NCBI GenBank assembly: GCA_944391465.1 | Contig: CALXTS010000001.1 | Coordinates: forward strand, 26,441 to 90,440 | Direction: 5' to 3' | Source of the DNA: an uncultured Alphaproteobacteria bacterium | GTDB taxonomy: Bacteria > Pseudomonadota > Alphaproteobacteria > RF32 > CAG-239 | Length of the DNA stretch: 64,000 nucleotides | Shown here: in pieces, positions 40,702 through 50,243 of the stretch | Numbering within the stretch: position 1 is the first letter of the stretch | Layout of the letters: each line of letters starts with the position of its first letter | Translations under genes and position numbers: made by a program | Notes under the pieces: model-generated | The model's input: only the letters and a program-made list of their open reading frames with translations | The model's database searches: none | What the model was told of the DNA's origin: nothing

Positions 40702-42098
40702 GTAGGCGTCCAATTTATATGAGGTCTTCACACAGGGGCTTGAAGACGTTTTTTGTCTTAGCTTTATGTGTTTGGGGCGGTTGGTATTTGTATAAAAATA
40801 CATTTGTTTTTGATATTCAGAAAGTTATTGATGCGTCTATTTTAAAAGAAAAGTTTTTTGAAGCTGATGTAAAAGAAATCGTATCTCCTAAATATGGTAT
40901 TAAGGCGTATTTGTTGGAGGATCATACAAATCCGATTATAAGTTTGAATTTTTCATTTAAAAATGCCGGATATGCCGCAGATGATGAAAATGCTCAAGGA
41001 GTGGCTGTCTTGAGCTCTTCGTTGTTAACGGAAGGTGCCGGAAAATATAATTCTCAAGCATTTAAAGAAATACTTGAAAATAAGGCAATCGGCTTGTCTT
41101 TTGCCGCAGACAGAGAGGATTTGAACGGGAGTTTGTTAACAACGAAGCCCAATCGTCGGATAGCCTATGAGCTTTTGCGCGAGGCTTTGATTCATCCGCG
41201 TTTTGATGCTGAAGATGTTGAACGAAACAAATTACAAATGTTGGAAGCATTGAAACGACAAAAAGAACATCCCGAAAATGTTTTGAGTTTGTCCGTGGCT
41301 AAAGAAGTTTATGGGACACATCCTTATGCTCGTAATCCGTTGGGAAAAGAGAGGGATATTCGTCAGATTAATGCAGAGCAACTTAAAAGTTTTGTAAAAA
41401 ATAATTTAACTCGCTCTAATTTGATTGTGGGTATTGCAGGGGATATTTCTTCAATTGAGGCAAGAAACATGTTGGATAATGTTTTTGGTGCTTTGCCTGA
41501 AAACGGTAATGCCAACTTTGTTAGAGATGTTAAAATTAATTTTGATGGTCGAAATAAAGAAATAAAGTTGGATTCAGGGCAAAATATGATAATGAAAGTT
41601 GCTCAAGGTGTTGCTCGAAATGATGCCGATTTTTATCCTTTGTTTATTGCTAATCATATTTTGGGCGGTTCTGGGCTTAATTCTAAACTTTCTCAGGAGA
41701 TAAGAGAAAAAAGGGGTTTAACTTACGGTGTTTATTCTTATATGTCGATTGATGGTAAGGCTCCGTTGCTGGTGGGTGCTTTTTCAGCAACGGCAGATAA
41801 ATTTACTCAGGCTGATGAGCTTTTTGAAAAGGTATGGCTTGATTTTGGCGAAAACGGTGTTTCTCAAGCTGAGCTTGATAAGGCTAAAAAGTTTTTGACA
41901 GCCTCTTATAATTTGCGTTTTGCCTCTATTCAGAATATATCTGAAATTTTGTTGGCTATGCAAAAATATGATTTGGGGTTGGATTTTCTAAAAAAACGTA
42001 ATTCTTATGTAAAAAAAGTAAAATTAGATGATGTGAATCGTGCAGCAGAAAAGTATTTTAATAATAATTTGATTAGTGTTGCGGTGGGAAGTTTTTAG
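40698..42098 (+). CDS. M16 family peptidase paralogue, probably a non-catalytic partner because it lacks HxxEH.
   Basis: M16 fold similarity (GVAVLSSSLLTEGAGKYN...). A 4-nt ATGA overlap with the upstream gene suggests translational coupling. Confidence 0.75.
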   Translation: MSRRPIYMRSSHRGLKTFFVLALCVWGGWYLYKNTFVFDIQKVIDASILKEKFFEADVKEIVSPKYGIKAYLLEDHTNPIISLNFSFKNAGYAADDENAQGVAVLSSSLLTEGAGKYNSQAFKEILENKAIGLSFAADREDLNGSLLTTKPNRRIAYELLREALIHPRFDAEDVERNKLQMLEALKRQKEHPENVLSLSVAKEVYGTHPYARNPLGKERDIRQINAEQLKSFVKNNLTRSNLIVGIAGDISSIEARNMLDNVFGALPENGNANFVRDVKINFDGRNKEIKLDSGQNMIMKVAQGVARNDADFYPLFIANHILGGSGLNSKLSQEIREKRGLTYGVYSYMSIDGKAPLLVGAFSATADKFTQADELFEKVWLDFGENGVSQAELDKAKKFLTASYNLRFASIQNISEILLAMQKYDLGLDFLKKRNSYVKKVKLDDVNRAAEKYFNNNLISVAVGSF

Positions 42099-42107
42099 TA
42101 AAGTGGA

Positions 42108-43769
42108 GTGACGAAAATGTTTATGAGCAGTAAAGAAGTTAATAAGTCTAGAATTTGGAAAAAGTTAGAGCGCCATTATAAAAGTTTTCGCAAGACAGAA
42201 ATGCGCGATATGTTTAAAAAAGACCCTCAGCGAGCAGAAAAATTCAGTATTTCTTTAGATAATTTGACTTTTGATTATTCTAAAAACCGAATTAACGAAC
42301 GGACAATGAAATATTTGCTGACATTGGCAAAGGAAAGGAAGGTTGCCGAGAAAATTCAGCAAATGTTCAGTGGTGAAAAAATAAATAAGACAGAGAATCG
42401 TTCGGTTTTACACATCGCTTTACGTAATCGAGCCAATACACCGATTTATGTTGACGGACAAAATGTTATGCCAAAGATTAATGATGTACTTGCAAAAATG
42501 CGTAAATTTACTGAGGCTGTTCGTTTGGGTGAATTTAAGGGGCATACCGGCAAAAAACTGACGAATATTGTTAATATCGGTATCGGAGGCTCTGATTTGG
42601 GGCCTAAAATGGCGGTAGAAGCTCTGAAAAAGTATTGGGCTAAGGATACTAACTGTTATTTTATTTCTAATATTGATGGAACAGCTTGTGCAGAAGTTTT
42701 GAATAAAGTTGATCCGGAAACAACATTATTTATTGTGTCTTCCAAAACTTTTACAACAATTGAAACTCTTACTAATGCCAAAACCTGTCGTAAATGGTTG
42801 GTCGATGCTCTTGGCGAGCATGCCGTTGCCAAACATTTTGTGGCTGTTTCCACAAATGTTAAAGAGGTTGAAAAATTTGGTATTAATCCTGAAAATATGT
42901 TTGAGTTTTGGGATTTTGTCGGCGGAAGATATTCCATGTGGTCGGCTATCGGGTTATCAATTGCCATTGCTATCGGTATGGATAATTTTGAAAAAATGCT
43001 TGAGGGTGCGTTTGCTATGGATAATCACTTTAAAACAGCACCTTTGGCGGAGAATATTCCGGTGATTATGGCTTTGTTGGGCGTTTGGTATAACAACTTT
43101 TTTGGATTTAAAAGTATTGCGGTTATTCCATATGATCAATATTTGCAGTATTTACCGGCTTATTTGCAACAATTGGATATGGAAAGCAATGGTAAACATG
43201 TTTCTTTGGATAATCAGTATATCAAATACTCAACGGCTCCGGTTTTGTTTGGCGGAGCGGGAACAGATGTTCAACATTCTTTCTTCCAGATGATCCATCA
43301 GGGTACATCAATTGTTCCGTGTGATTTTATTGTTCCGGCTATTTCTCATAATGAGATTGGTGAGCATCATGAGATTTTGTTAGCTAACGTTTTGGCGCAA
43401 GGAGAAGCTCTGATGCGCGGAAAAACCGTTAAAGAAGCGGTTGAAGAATTGAAAAAATCCGGAAAAAGTAAAGAGGAAATTGAAGAGCTTAAAAAATATA
43501 AAAGTTTTCCAGGAAACAGACCTTCAAATACAATTGTTCTTAAAAAAGTTGATCCGTATTCTTTGGGTATGTTGGTTGCCATGTATGAACATAAGGTATT
43601 TGTTGAAGGGGTTATTTGGGATATTAACTCTTTTGACCAAATGGGTGTTGAACTCGGAAAACAAATGGCTCTCAGCATTTTACCTGAACTCGGTGGAAAT
43701 GCAACGGGGCTTTCTCATGACAGTTCAACGTCTCGTTTAATCGAATTGATTAGAAAACTTCGTAAGTAG
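42108..43769 (+). CDS. pgi: Glucose-6-phosphate isomerase.
   Basis: IGIGGSDLGP, VSSKTFTTIETLTNA, and the catalytic region (GGRYSMWSAIGL ... ESNGK). Confidence 0.93.
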   Translation: MTKMFMSSKEVNKSRIWKKLERHYKSFRKTEMRDMFKKDPQRAEKFSISLDNLTFDYSKNRINERTMKYLLTLAKERKVAEKIQQMFSGEKINKTENRSVLHIALRNRANTPIYVDGQNVMPKINDVLAKMRKFTEAVRLGEFKGHTGKKLTNIVNIGIGGSDLGPKMAVEALKKYWAKDTNCYFISNIDGTACAEVLNKVDPETTLFIVSSKTFTTIETLTNAKTCRKWLVDALGEHAVAKHFVAVSTNVKEVEKFGINPENMFEFWDFVGGRYSMWSAIGLSIAIAIGMDNFEKMLEGAFAMDNHFKTAPLAENIPVIMALLGVWYNNFFGFKSIAVIPYDQYLQYLPAYLQQLDMESNGKHVSLDNQYIKYSTAPVLFGGAGTDVQHSFFQMIHQGTSIVPCDFIVPAISHNEIGEHHEILLANVLAQGEALMRGKTVKEAVEELKKSGKSKEEIEELKKYKSFPGNRPSNTIVLKKVDPYSLGMLVAMYEHKVFVEGVIWDINSFDQMGVELGKQMALSILPELGGNATGLSHDSSTSRLIELIRKLRK

Positions 43770-43788
43770 TTGAAATTTGGAGTTTTTT

Positions 43789-45624
43789 ATGCCTATCAGA
43801 ATTTTACCATCAAATCTGGTGAATCAAATCGCGGCAGGAGAGGTTGTTGAAAGGCCGGCCTCTGTTATTAAAGAGTTGGTTGAAAATGCCATAGATGCCG
43901 GTGCAACTTCTATTGAAGTTCGTTTGGTTGACGGTGGAAAGAGTTTAATTACCGTTACGGATAATGGTAAAGGTATGATGCCTGAAGAGTTATCTTTGGC
44001 TGTAGAAAGGCATGCAACATCAAAATTACCAAATGATGATTTATTTAATATAAATTTTCTCGGGTTTCGAGGTGAGGCTTTGCCTTCTATTGCCTCTGTT
44101 TCCAGAATGGCAATTATTTCAAGAGTAAAAGATGCCGACAGTGCTTGGAAAATTGAGGTTAATGGCGGTGAAAAGTCTGAGCCTCTTCCGGTTGCCGCAC
44201 CACAAGGTACCAGAATTGAGGTTAGAGATTTGTTCTATGCAACGCCGGCTCGTTTGAAATTTTTGAAAACCGGAAGTTCTGAGACGGCTCAGTGTGTTGA
44301 TATTTTGAATAGAATAGCGTTAGCAAATCCTTCAATATCTTTTAGCCTCTATGACGGAGATAAGAAAAAAATATTTTTGCAGCCGTGCAACGGAGATTTA
44401 TTTGATGCTCGTTTGGAACGTTTGTCCGCGGTTATGGGAAAAGAATTTGGTGAAAATTCTATTTTGATTAATGCGGAACGCGAGAGTGTAAAAATAAGCG
44501 GGTATGTTTCTTTGCCGACACTTAATAAAGCAAATTCATTGTCTCAGTTTTTGTTTGTGAATAATCGTCCGGTAAGAGATAAGTTGTTATTGGGAGCTAT
44601 TCGCGGCGCTTATCAAGATGTTTTGGCCTCAAATCGGTATCCGATGTGTGCTTTGTTTTTTGATGTTGAACCGAAATATGTTGATGTTAATGTGCATCCG
44701 GCAAAAGCGGAGGTTCGTTTTTATGACAACGCTTTGGTTCGAGGTTTGTTGGTAAGCGCTATTCGAAATGGTTTGCAAGAATTTTCTAATAAGACATCTA
44801 ATACGATTAATTTGCAAGAGCTCCTTCAAGATAGTGTTCCGAATTTTGAAAAATCTTCTGAAATGAGTTCTGAAAGTATTTTTTTGCGAGATAGTCGTTC
44901 TTTTGTATCCCAATCTTCTGCGTATAATTTTCAGTCCAGACCCTCGAAGGGTTCTTCTTATAAGTCTCAAGCCATGTTACCGGAATTGGAGCGTAATTTT
45001 TCTCTTCGGGTAGAAAATGTGGAAGATGTGGTTGAACGTAGTGATATCGGTCCTTTGGGGTTAGCTAAGGCTCAGTTCCATGATACCTATATTATTTCTC
45101 AGAGCGAAGATAGCATTATTATTACGGATCAACATGCCGCTCATGAGAGAATTGTAATGGAAAAACTTAAAGAGAGCCTGCTCAAAGGAAATCCAGCGAC
45201 ACAAATGTTGCTCATTCCTGAAATAGTAGATTTAGACGCTTGTGAAAAAGATCGAATTTTAACGGCAGCAGAAGAATTGAAAAAACTTGGTCTCGTGGTT
45301 GAAGAATTTGGTTCTACTGCCGTGATTATTCGGGAAATTCCGGCTCTGATTAGCGGAGCGGACGTTAAGGCGCTTATAAAAGATATTGCTCAAGAAATGT
45401 CAGAGTGGGGGACGGGGTTTGAACTTACCGAAAAATTACATTTGGTTTGTGCTACAATTGCGTGTCATGGTTCGGTTCGAGCCGGAAGACGGCTTAATAT
45501 TGAAGAGATGAATCATTTATTAAGAGATATGGAAAAGACGCCTCATTCAGGACAATGCAATCATGGACGTCCAACTTATGTAGAACTTAAAATCTCTGAT
45601 ATTGCAAAATTGTTTGACAGATGA
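43789..45624 (+). CDS. mutL: DNA mismatch repair protein MutL.
   Basis: GHKL ATPase N-terminus (ANQIAAGEVVERPASVIKELVENAIDAGAT ... VTDNGKGM) and a C-terminal dimerisation domain. Confidence 0.93.
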   Translation: MPIRILPSNLVNQIAAGEVVERPASVIKELVENAIDAGATSIEVRLVDGGKSLITVTDNGKGMMPEELSLAVERHATSKLPNDDLFNINFLGFRGEALPSIASVSRMAIISRVKDADSAWKIEVNGGEKSEPLPVAAPQGTRIEVRDLFYATPARLKFLKTGSSETAQCVDILNRIALANPSISFSLYDGDKKKIFLQPCNGDLFDARLERLSAVMGKEFGENSILINAERESVKISGYVSLPTLNKANSLSQFLFVNNRPVRDKLLLGAIRGAYQDVLASNRYPMCALFFDVEPKYVDVNVHPAKAEVRFYDNALVRGLLVSAIRNGLQEFSNKTSNTINLQELLQDSVPNFEKSSEMSSESIFLRDSRSFVSQSSAYNFQSRPSKGSSYKSQAMLPELERNFSLRVENVEDVVERSDIGPLGLAKAQFHDTYIISQSEDSIIITDQHAAHERIVMEKLKESLLKGNPATQMLLIPEIVDLDACEKDRILTAAEELKKLGLVVEEFGSTAVIIREIPALISGADVKALIKDIAQEMSEWGTGFELTEKLHLVCATIACHGSVRAGRRLNIEEMNHLLRDMEKTPHSGQCNHGRPTYVELKISDIAKLFDR

Positions 45625-45686
45625 TTTTTTCTTTTCTATTACAGATATAATTTCAAAGAATAAGATAAGAAAGGAAAGCTAATCTT

Positions 45687-46463
45687 ATGTTTAATCAGGT
45701 TTTTATTCAAGGATTAATAGCGTCTGCTTTTGCCGGATTGGTTACCGGTTTGGGTGGTTTTATGATTTTTTTAAAACGACGCTATTCTCAAAAAGATATA
45801 GATTTTATGCTTAATTTGGCAGCCGGAGTAATGTTATCGGCATCTTTCTTTTCTTTATTGGTGCCGGCAATGGGAAAAATTTTGACTTTTGATCCTGATG
45901 TTCATGTTGCCGGATTTTGGTATGCTTTGGCTGTGTTTACCGGGGTGGCTTTGGTTTGGATACTGAATGCGATTTTGCCTCATGAGCATAATAATATGGG
46001 ACATCATGGTCCTCATTTTAGTTTAAGGGCTGCTTGGTTATTTATTATAGCCATAACTTTGCATAAGTTGCCGGAAGGGTTGGCTGTGGGTGTTGCTTTT
46101 AGTGCCGAAGATTTTATGAATCCGGATAGTTTGGTTATTGGTATTGCTTTACATAATATTCCCGAAGGTTTGACTATTGCGATTTCTTTGGTTGCCGCAA
46201 ATTGTTCTAAATTAAAAGCCGCAACAACGGCTTTGTTGATAGGTCTGGTTCAACCTTTGGGCGCTATTATCGGGTTATTAACCATGGGATTCAGTGATAA
46301 AATTGTTCCTTTGGGAATGGCAATGGCCGGCGGAACTTTATTGTTTGTGGTTATAAATGAGATATTACCGGAAACTTACGGTACAAAGCAAACCGAGCGA
46401 TCGGCTTTTGCTGTTTTTGTTGGTTTTATTTTTATGACATATTTAAAAATTGTTTTAGATTAA
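45687..46463 (+). CDS. zupT: ZIP family zinc transporter ZupT.
   Basis: Motifs HKLPEGLAVG and HNIPEGLTIA with 8 TM helices. Confidence 0.85.
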   Translation: MFNQVFIQGLIASAFAGLVTGLGGFMIFLKRRYSQKDIDFMLNLAAGVMLSASFFSLLVPAMGKILTFDPDVHVAGFWYALAVFTGVALVWILNAILPHEHNNMGHHGPHFSLRAAWLFIIAITLHKLPEGLAVGVAFSAEDFMNPDSLVIGIALHNIPEGLTIAISLVAANCSKLKAATTALLIGLVQPLGAIIGLLTMGFSDKIVPLGMAMAGGTLLFVVINEILPETYGTKQTERSAFAVFVGFIFMTYLKIVLD

Positions 46464-46475
46464 ACATACTAAATA

Positions 46476-46506
46476 AAAAATCCCCTTTATAAAGGGGATT
46501 TTTTAT
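46476..46506. terminator. Bidirectional terminator shared by zupT and tRNA-Ser.
   Basis: aaaaaatcccctttat / aaaggggatttttt palindrome. Confidence 0.75.
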
Positions 46507-46594
46507 TGGCGGAGAGTACAGGACTCGAACCTGTGCATCGTTATTCACGATGACGGATTAGCAATCCGCTGCATTACCACTCTGCCAACTCTCC
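46507..46594 (-). tRNA. tRNA-Ser (anticodon GCT).
   Basis: Reverse complement GGAGAGTTGGCAGAGTGGTAATGCAGCGGATTGCTAATCCGTC... with a long variable arm, an ACTCTCCGCCA 3' end, and the anticodon loop ttGCTaa. Confidence 0.85.
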
Positions 46595-47018
46595 ATCTGT
46601 GGTACGGACTTATATTTATATTATGTTTTTAGCTCCGTCAATAGCTTTTTTGAAATTTGTGCAACTTATTTTGTTTTTGAGTAAAATTTATTGTTTTTTA
46701 TTGAGTTTGGTTTGTTCTTTTTTTTGATTTTACAAATTTGATATAAAATGTTATATTGTCGCTGTCTAAAATTTTGAAAGTTGTTTTGTTGGTTTTAGAA
46801 GATGAAAAACTTATTATCGATATCGAAAGATACTTTTCGGGAGCTTTGAAAAAGTTAAAACATCTTGTAAATTTTTATAATATACTTAAAAACAAAAATA
46901 AAAATTCTGTATTTGTAGATAGATTCTTATTATCCGGCCTGGGGAGAGAATGAGGCTATTTTTTGTGTCCTTATGGGGCTTTAGTTGAAAATAGGTTTTT
47001 CATGATTATTCTAAAATT

Positions 47019-48296
47019 ATGAAAGAAGAGGGGTTGCTCATGGCTAAAAAATTTGATTATGAACGTATTTGTAAAAAATTTTATAAGCTCAATGTTGGTG
47101 CTTTATTTGTGAAAATGGGTCCCGAAAAACTTAAAATTGTTTTTAATATCATAAAAAAAGTTAAAGATGATATTGATTATGTTATTTGGATTGCTCCTTC
47201 TCAGTATTTGGCTACTAAAATTTATATGGAAGATATTGCGTATGTTGCAGGGGAGGATATTGCCAGTAAAATTTGTTTCTTTTCCATGGAAAATATTTCA
47301 GTCAAAGATAATGAATATTTAAAACTTTATAATATAAGTGACCGAAATAAGGTTTTTTGTGTTGTCGATGAGAGTATTAATATCAAAAATACTAAAACCG
47401 GACGAACCAAACGTCTGATTGCCATGAAAAACAAGTTTGATTATCGTTTAATTTTGTCGGGAATGATGCTTACTCAAGGTTTGGCTGATTTATATTCTCA
47501 GGTGCAATTTTTGGATTCTGCTATTCTTAATATGACTAAAACTCAGTTTATGCATACGTTTATGCCTTATTATGAAGATGATTTTGAGGTGTCTAAACGT
47601 TGGTCAACTCCCCAAAATGAAGCAAGGTTGATTAAGATGATTCGTCCTTATATCTTGGCTTTTGATTTAAGAGATGATTTTAAAATTATTTATCACAGTA
47701 CTGATTTTCAATTAACTCCGAAGGAAAAAGAATCTTATCAACAGGAAAAAGATGCTTTTTTAAAAGGACGTGACAGAGTGGCTTTTTTACAAGTCGTTCA
47801 GCGTTTCCAATATTTTTATACTATTAGCAGTGATAAGGTTAAGGCTTTAATCAAACTTGTCGATGAAATTCAAAAACGTAATGAAAAAGTTATTATTTAT
47901 ACAAAATATTTGAGTGAAATTAAGTTTTTTAAAGAGGCTCAATTGCTGGGAAAAAACAAATATGTGATTATGTCCGGTAATACTAACAAACTTAACGCTT
48001 TAAAACGGTTTGAAAAAAATGTGGATATTATGTTGTGCACATATAAAGTTGAAGCGCCTCGTTTGAATCTTACCGGTTTTAATAATATTATCTATTTTAC
48101 TCAAACCTATGATTATAAAGATAAAATTCAAACTCTGAATAATTTTTATAATAATAATATCAAAGAAATAAACGTTTATGACTTTTGGGTGGATACAAAA
48201 TTAGAAGGCTTGATTAAAGATAATTTACTTCGCAAAAAAAATGTGCTAAATAATGTTTGTAGTGTTATGTCAAAAAATGAGGCCTTGGAACTATGA
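47019..48296 (+). CDS. SNF2/DEAD-like helicase-family protein with degenerate ATPase motifs. It has no canonical GxGKT, and motif VI lacks the arginines.
   Basis: Motif II DESINIKN (cf. DEAHRIKN), motif III RLILSGMMLTQGLADLYSQVQFL (cf. RLLLTGTPLQN.L.ELW.LL.FL), and helicase-C blocks (KVIIYTKYLSEIKFF; MLCTYKVEAPRLNLTGFNNIIYF). The Walker-A position reads MGPEKLK. Confidence 0.55.
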   Translation: MKEEGLLMAKKFDYERICKKFYKLNVGALFVKMGPEKLKIVFNIIKKVKDDIDYVIWIAPSQYLATKIYMEDIAYVAGEDIASKICFFSMENISVKDNEYLKLYNISDRNKVFCVVDESINIKNTKTGRTKRLIAMKNKFDYRLILSGMMLTQGLADLYSQVQFLDSAILNMTKTQFMHTFMPYYEDDFEVSKRWSTPQNEARLIKMIRPYILAFDLRDDFKIIYHSTDFQLTPKEKESYQQEKDAFLKGRDRVAFLQVVQRFQYFYTISSDKVKALIKLVDEIQKRNEKVIIYTKYLSEIKFFKEAQLLGKNKYVIMSGNTNKLNALKRFEKNVDIMLCTYKVEAPRLNLTGFNNIIYFTQTYDYKDKIQTLNNFYNNNIKEINVYDFWVDTKLEGLIKDNLLRKKNVLNNVCSVMSKNEALEL

Positions 48297-49594
48297 AGAT
48301 ATATAAAGATAAAAATGTTTATGACGCAACTATTGATAGAATTAAATTTGCGTTTGATAACTTTGATAATGTTTATGTATCTTTTTCCGGTGGTAAGGAC
48401 AGCGGCTTGTTGCTAAGTATGGTGCTTGATTATAAACGTCAGCACAATATTTCTAAAAAAATAGGGGTGTTTCATCAGGATTTTGAAGCTCAATATGAAT
48501 TGACAACCGAATATGTTACCAAAATGTTTGAGGAAAATATTGATGATATTGAACCTTATTGGGTTTGTTTGCCGATGGGGTCAAGGTGTGCGGTAAGCAA
48601 CTACCAGATGTATTGGTATCCGTGGGATGATGAAAAAGAAGAACTTTGGGTTCGTGAAATGCCTAAAATGCCTTATATCATCAATTTAAAAAACAATCCG
48701 TTTGATTTTTATAAATACAAAATGTCTCAAGAAGATTTGTATGCCGAGTTTGGGCAATGGTATGCCAGAACGCATAAGGGAAAAACAATTTGTCTTTTGG
48801 GTATTAGAGCTGATGAGTCTATTAATCGTTATCGCGCTTATGCTAATACTCGGAAAGTGTTAATGAAAAATTCTCAGTGGACGACCAAAATGGGAAAAAA
48901 TTTTTATAATGCTTATCCTATGTATGATTGGTCAACAAAAGATGTTTGGATTGCTAATGGAAAATTTGGCTATGAATATAACAAAATTTATGACTTGTAT
49001 TATAAAGCCGGTTTGTCTATTAATCAAATGAGAGTTTCAAGTCCATATCACGAAAACGCTAAGGAAAGTCTCAATTTGTACAGAGTCTTAGAACCTGCTA
49101 CTTGGGCTAAAGTCGTTTCTCGTGTTAATGGTGCTAATTTTGCGGCAATGTATGGAAAATCTAAGTTAATGGGGGTTGGAAAGATTACTTTGCCGGCAGG
49201 GCATACCTGGCGTTCTTATGTCAAATTCCTGTTGGCAACTTTACCCAATGATATTAGAGAAAATTATATTGCCAAATTTAAAACTTCCATCCGCTTTTGG
49301 TGGAAAAAAGGTGGCGTCGTTAGTGATCAAGCGTTGGAGGAGTTGGAGGCTTGCAATTATCGTATTCGACACAATGGTCGCAGTGGGTATAATAAAGAAA
49401 AAGACAGAATCTTATTCTTGGGGACTCCTGATAATACTGATGATATAAAATCGACTATTGATATTCCGTCTTGGAAGAGAATGGCCGTTTGTATTCTCAA
49501 AAATGACCATTTATGTAAGTATATGGGGTTTGCTCAGACTAAAAAACAAACTCAACGTGAAAAGGAATTAATTGAGAAATATAAAAGTTTGTGA
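48293..49594 (+). CDS. PAPS-reductase-like PP-loop ATP pyrophosphatase family protein with a DUF3440-like C-terminal region (IbrA/DndC-like).
   Basis: PP-loop VYVSFSGGKDSGLLLSMV, a length of about 430 aa, and a 4-nt overlap (ATGA) with the upstream SNF2-like gene. Confidence 0.65.
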   Translation: MKIYKDKNVYDATIDRIKFAFDNFDNVYVSFSGGKDSGLLLSMVLDYKRQHNISKKIGVFHQDFEAQYELTTEYVTKMFEENIDDIEPYWVCLPMGSRCAVSNYQMYWYPWDDEKEELWVREMPKMPYIINLKNNPFDFYKYKMSQEDLYAEFGQWYARTHKGKTICLLGIRADESINRYRAYANTRKVLMKNSQWTTKMGKNFYNAYPMYDWSTKDVWIANGKFGYEYNKIYDLYYKAGLSINQMRVSSPYHENAKESLNLYRVLEPATWAKVVSRVNGANFAAMYGKSKLMGVGKITLPAGHTWRSYVKFLLATLPNDIRENYIAKFKTSIRFWWKKGGVVSDQALEELEACNYRIRHNGRSGYNKEKDRILFLGTPDNTDDIKSTIDIPSWKRMAVCILKNDHLCKYMGFAQTKKQTQREKELIEKYKSL

Positions 49595-49603
49595 GGAATA
49601 ATA

Positions 49604-50119
49604 ATGGCTGATTTTGTTAGTCCGGTTTATAATGTCATGGCTGTACCTGTTGAGAAGGTTTTTGCTAATGACTATAATCCGAATAAAGTGGCACCACCGG
49701 AGATGAAATTGTTAGAGCTTTCCATTTGGGAAGATGGTTTTACTCAGCCGGTTGTGTGTTATTATGACAAAGAGGGGGATAAATATATTGTTGTTGATGG
49801 TTTCCATCGTTATACAATTATGAAAACCAGCGAACGGATTTATGCCAGAGAACACGGAAAACTTCCTATTGTGGTCATTGATAAGGATTTAGGTGAAAGA
49901 ATGGCCTCCACGATTCGACATAATCGCGCCAGAGGTAGTCATAATGTTGATTTGATGAGTAATATTGTGGCTGAGTTGGTTGAAATGGGAAAAAGTGATA
50001 GTTGGATTTGTAAGAATATCGGTATGTCTGCCGACGAGTTGTTACGAATGAAACAAGTAACCGGTTTGGCGGCTTTATTTAAAGACGATGAGTTTTCCTT
50101 GAGTTGGGAAACTAAATAA
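49604..50119 (+). CDS. ParB-like nuclease-domain (ParB/Srx, DGQHR-type) protein (IbrB/DndB-like).
   Basis: KYIVVDGFHRYTIMK (cf. DG.HR) and TIRHNRARGSHN blocks. It sits 9 nt downstream of the PP-loop gene. Confidence 0.6.
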   Translation: MADFVSPVYNVMAVPVEKVFANDYNPNKVAPPEMKLLELSIWEDGFTQPVVCYYDKEGDKYIVVDGFHRYTIMKTSERIYAREHGKLPIVVIDKDLGERMASTIRHNRARGSHNVDLMSNIVAELVEMGKSDSWICKNIGMSADELLRMKQVTGLAALFKDDEFSLSWETK

Positions 50120-50135
50120 AGTGCAATGTTATAAC

Positions 50136-50168
50136 AAAAAAGCGCAGTTTAAAAACTGCGCTTTTTTG
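50136..50168 (+). terminator. Rho-independent terminator closing the three-gene cassette.
   Basis: aaaaaagcgcagttt / aaaa / actgcgctttttt. Confidence 0.8.
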
Positions 50169-50243
50169 TATCGGATTCTCTTTAAGCTATAAAGATACTG
50201 ATTATATACTGAGGGGAAAGTTAATTGTTTTATAGAGGAAAGT

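Noticed and set aside
46756-46953. 65-aa ORF in the long intergenic region.
   Set aside because: It has no RBS or recognisable motif, and the region is extremely AT-rich. It is kept only as a note within a finding.
46507-50170. The cassette as a classical tRNA-integrated mobile island.
   Set aside because: The cassette lies on the 5' side of the minus-strand tRNA-Ser rather than its 3' end. No integrase gene is present, and I could not spot a direct repeat of the tRNA 3' end. The accessory-island idea stays, but it is not called a mobile element.
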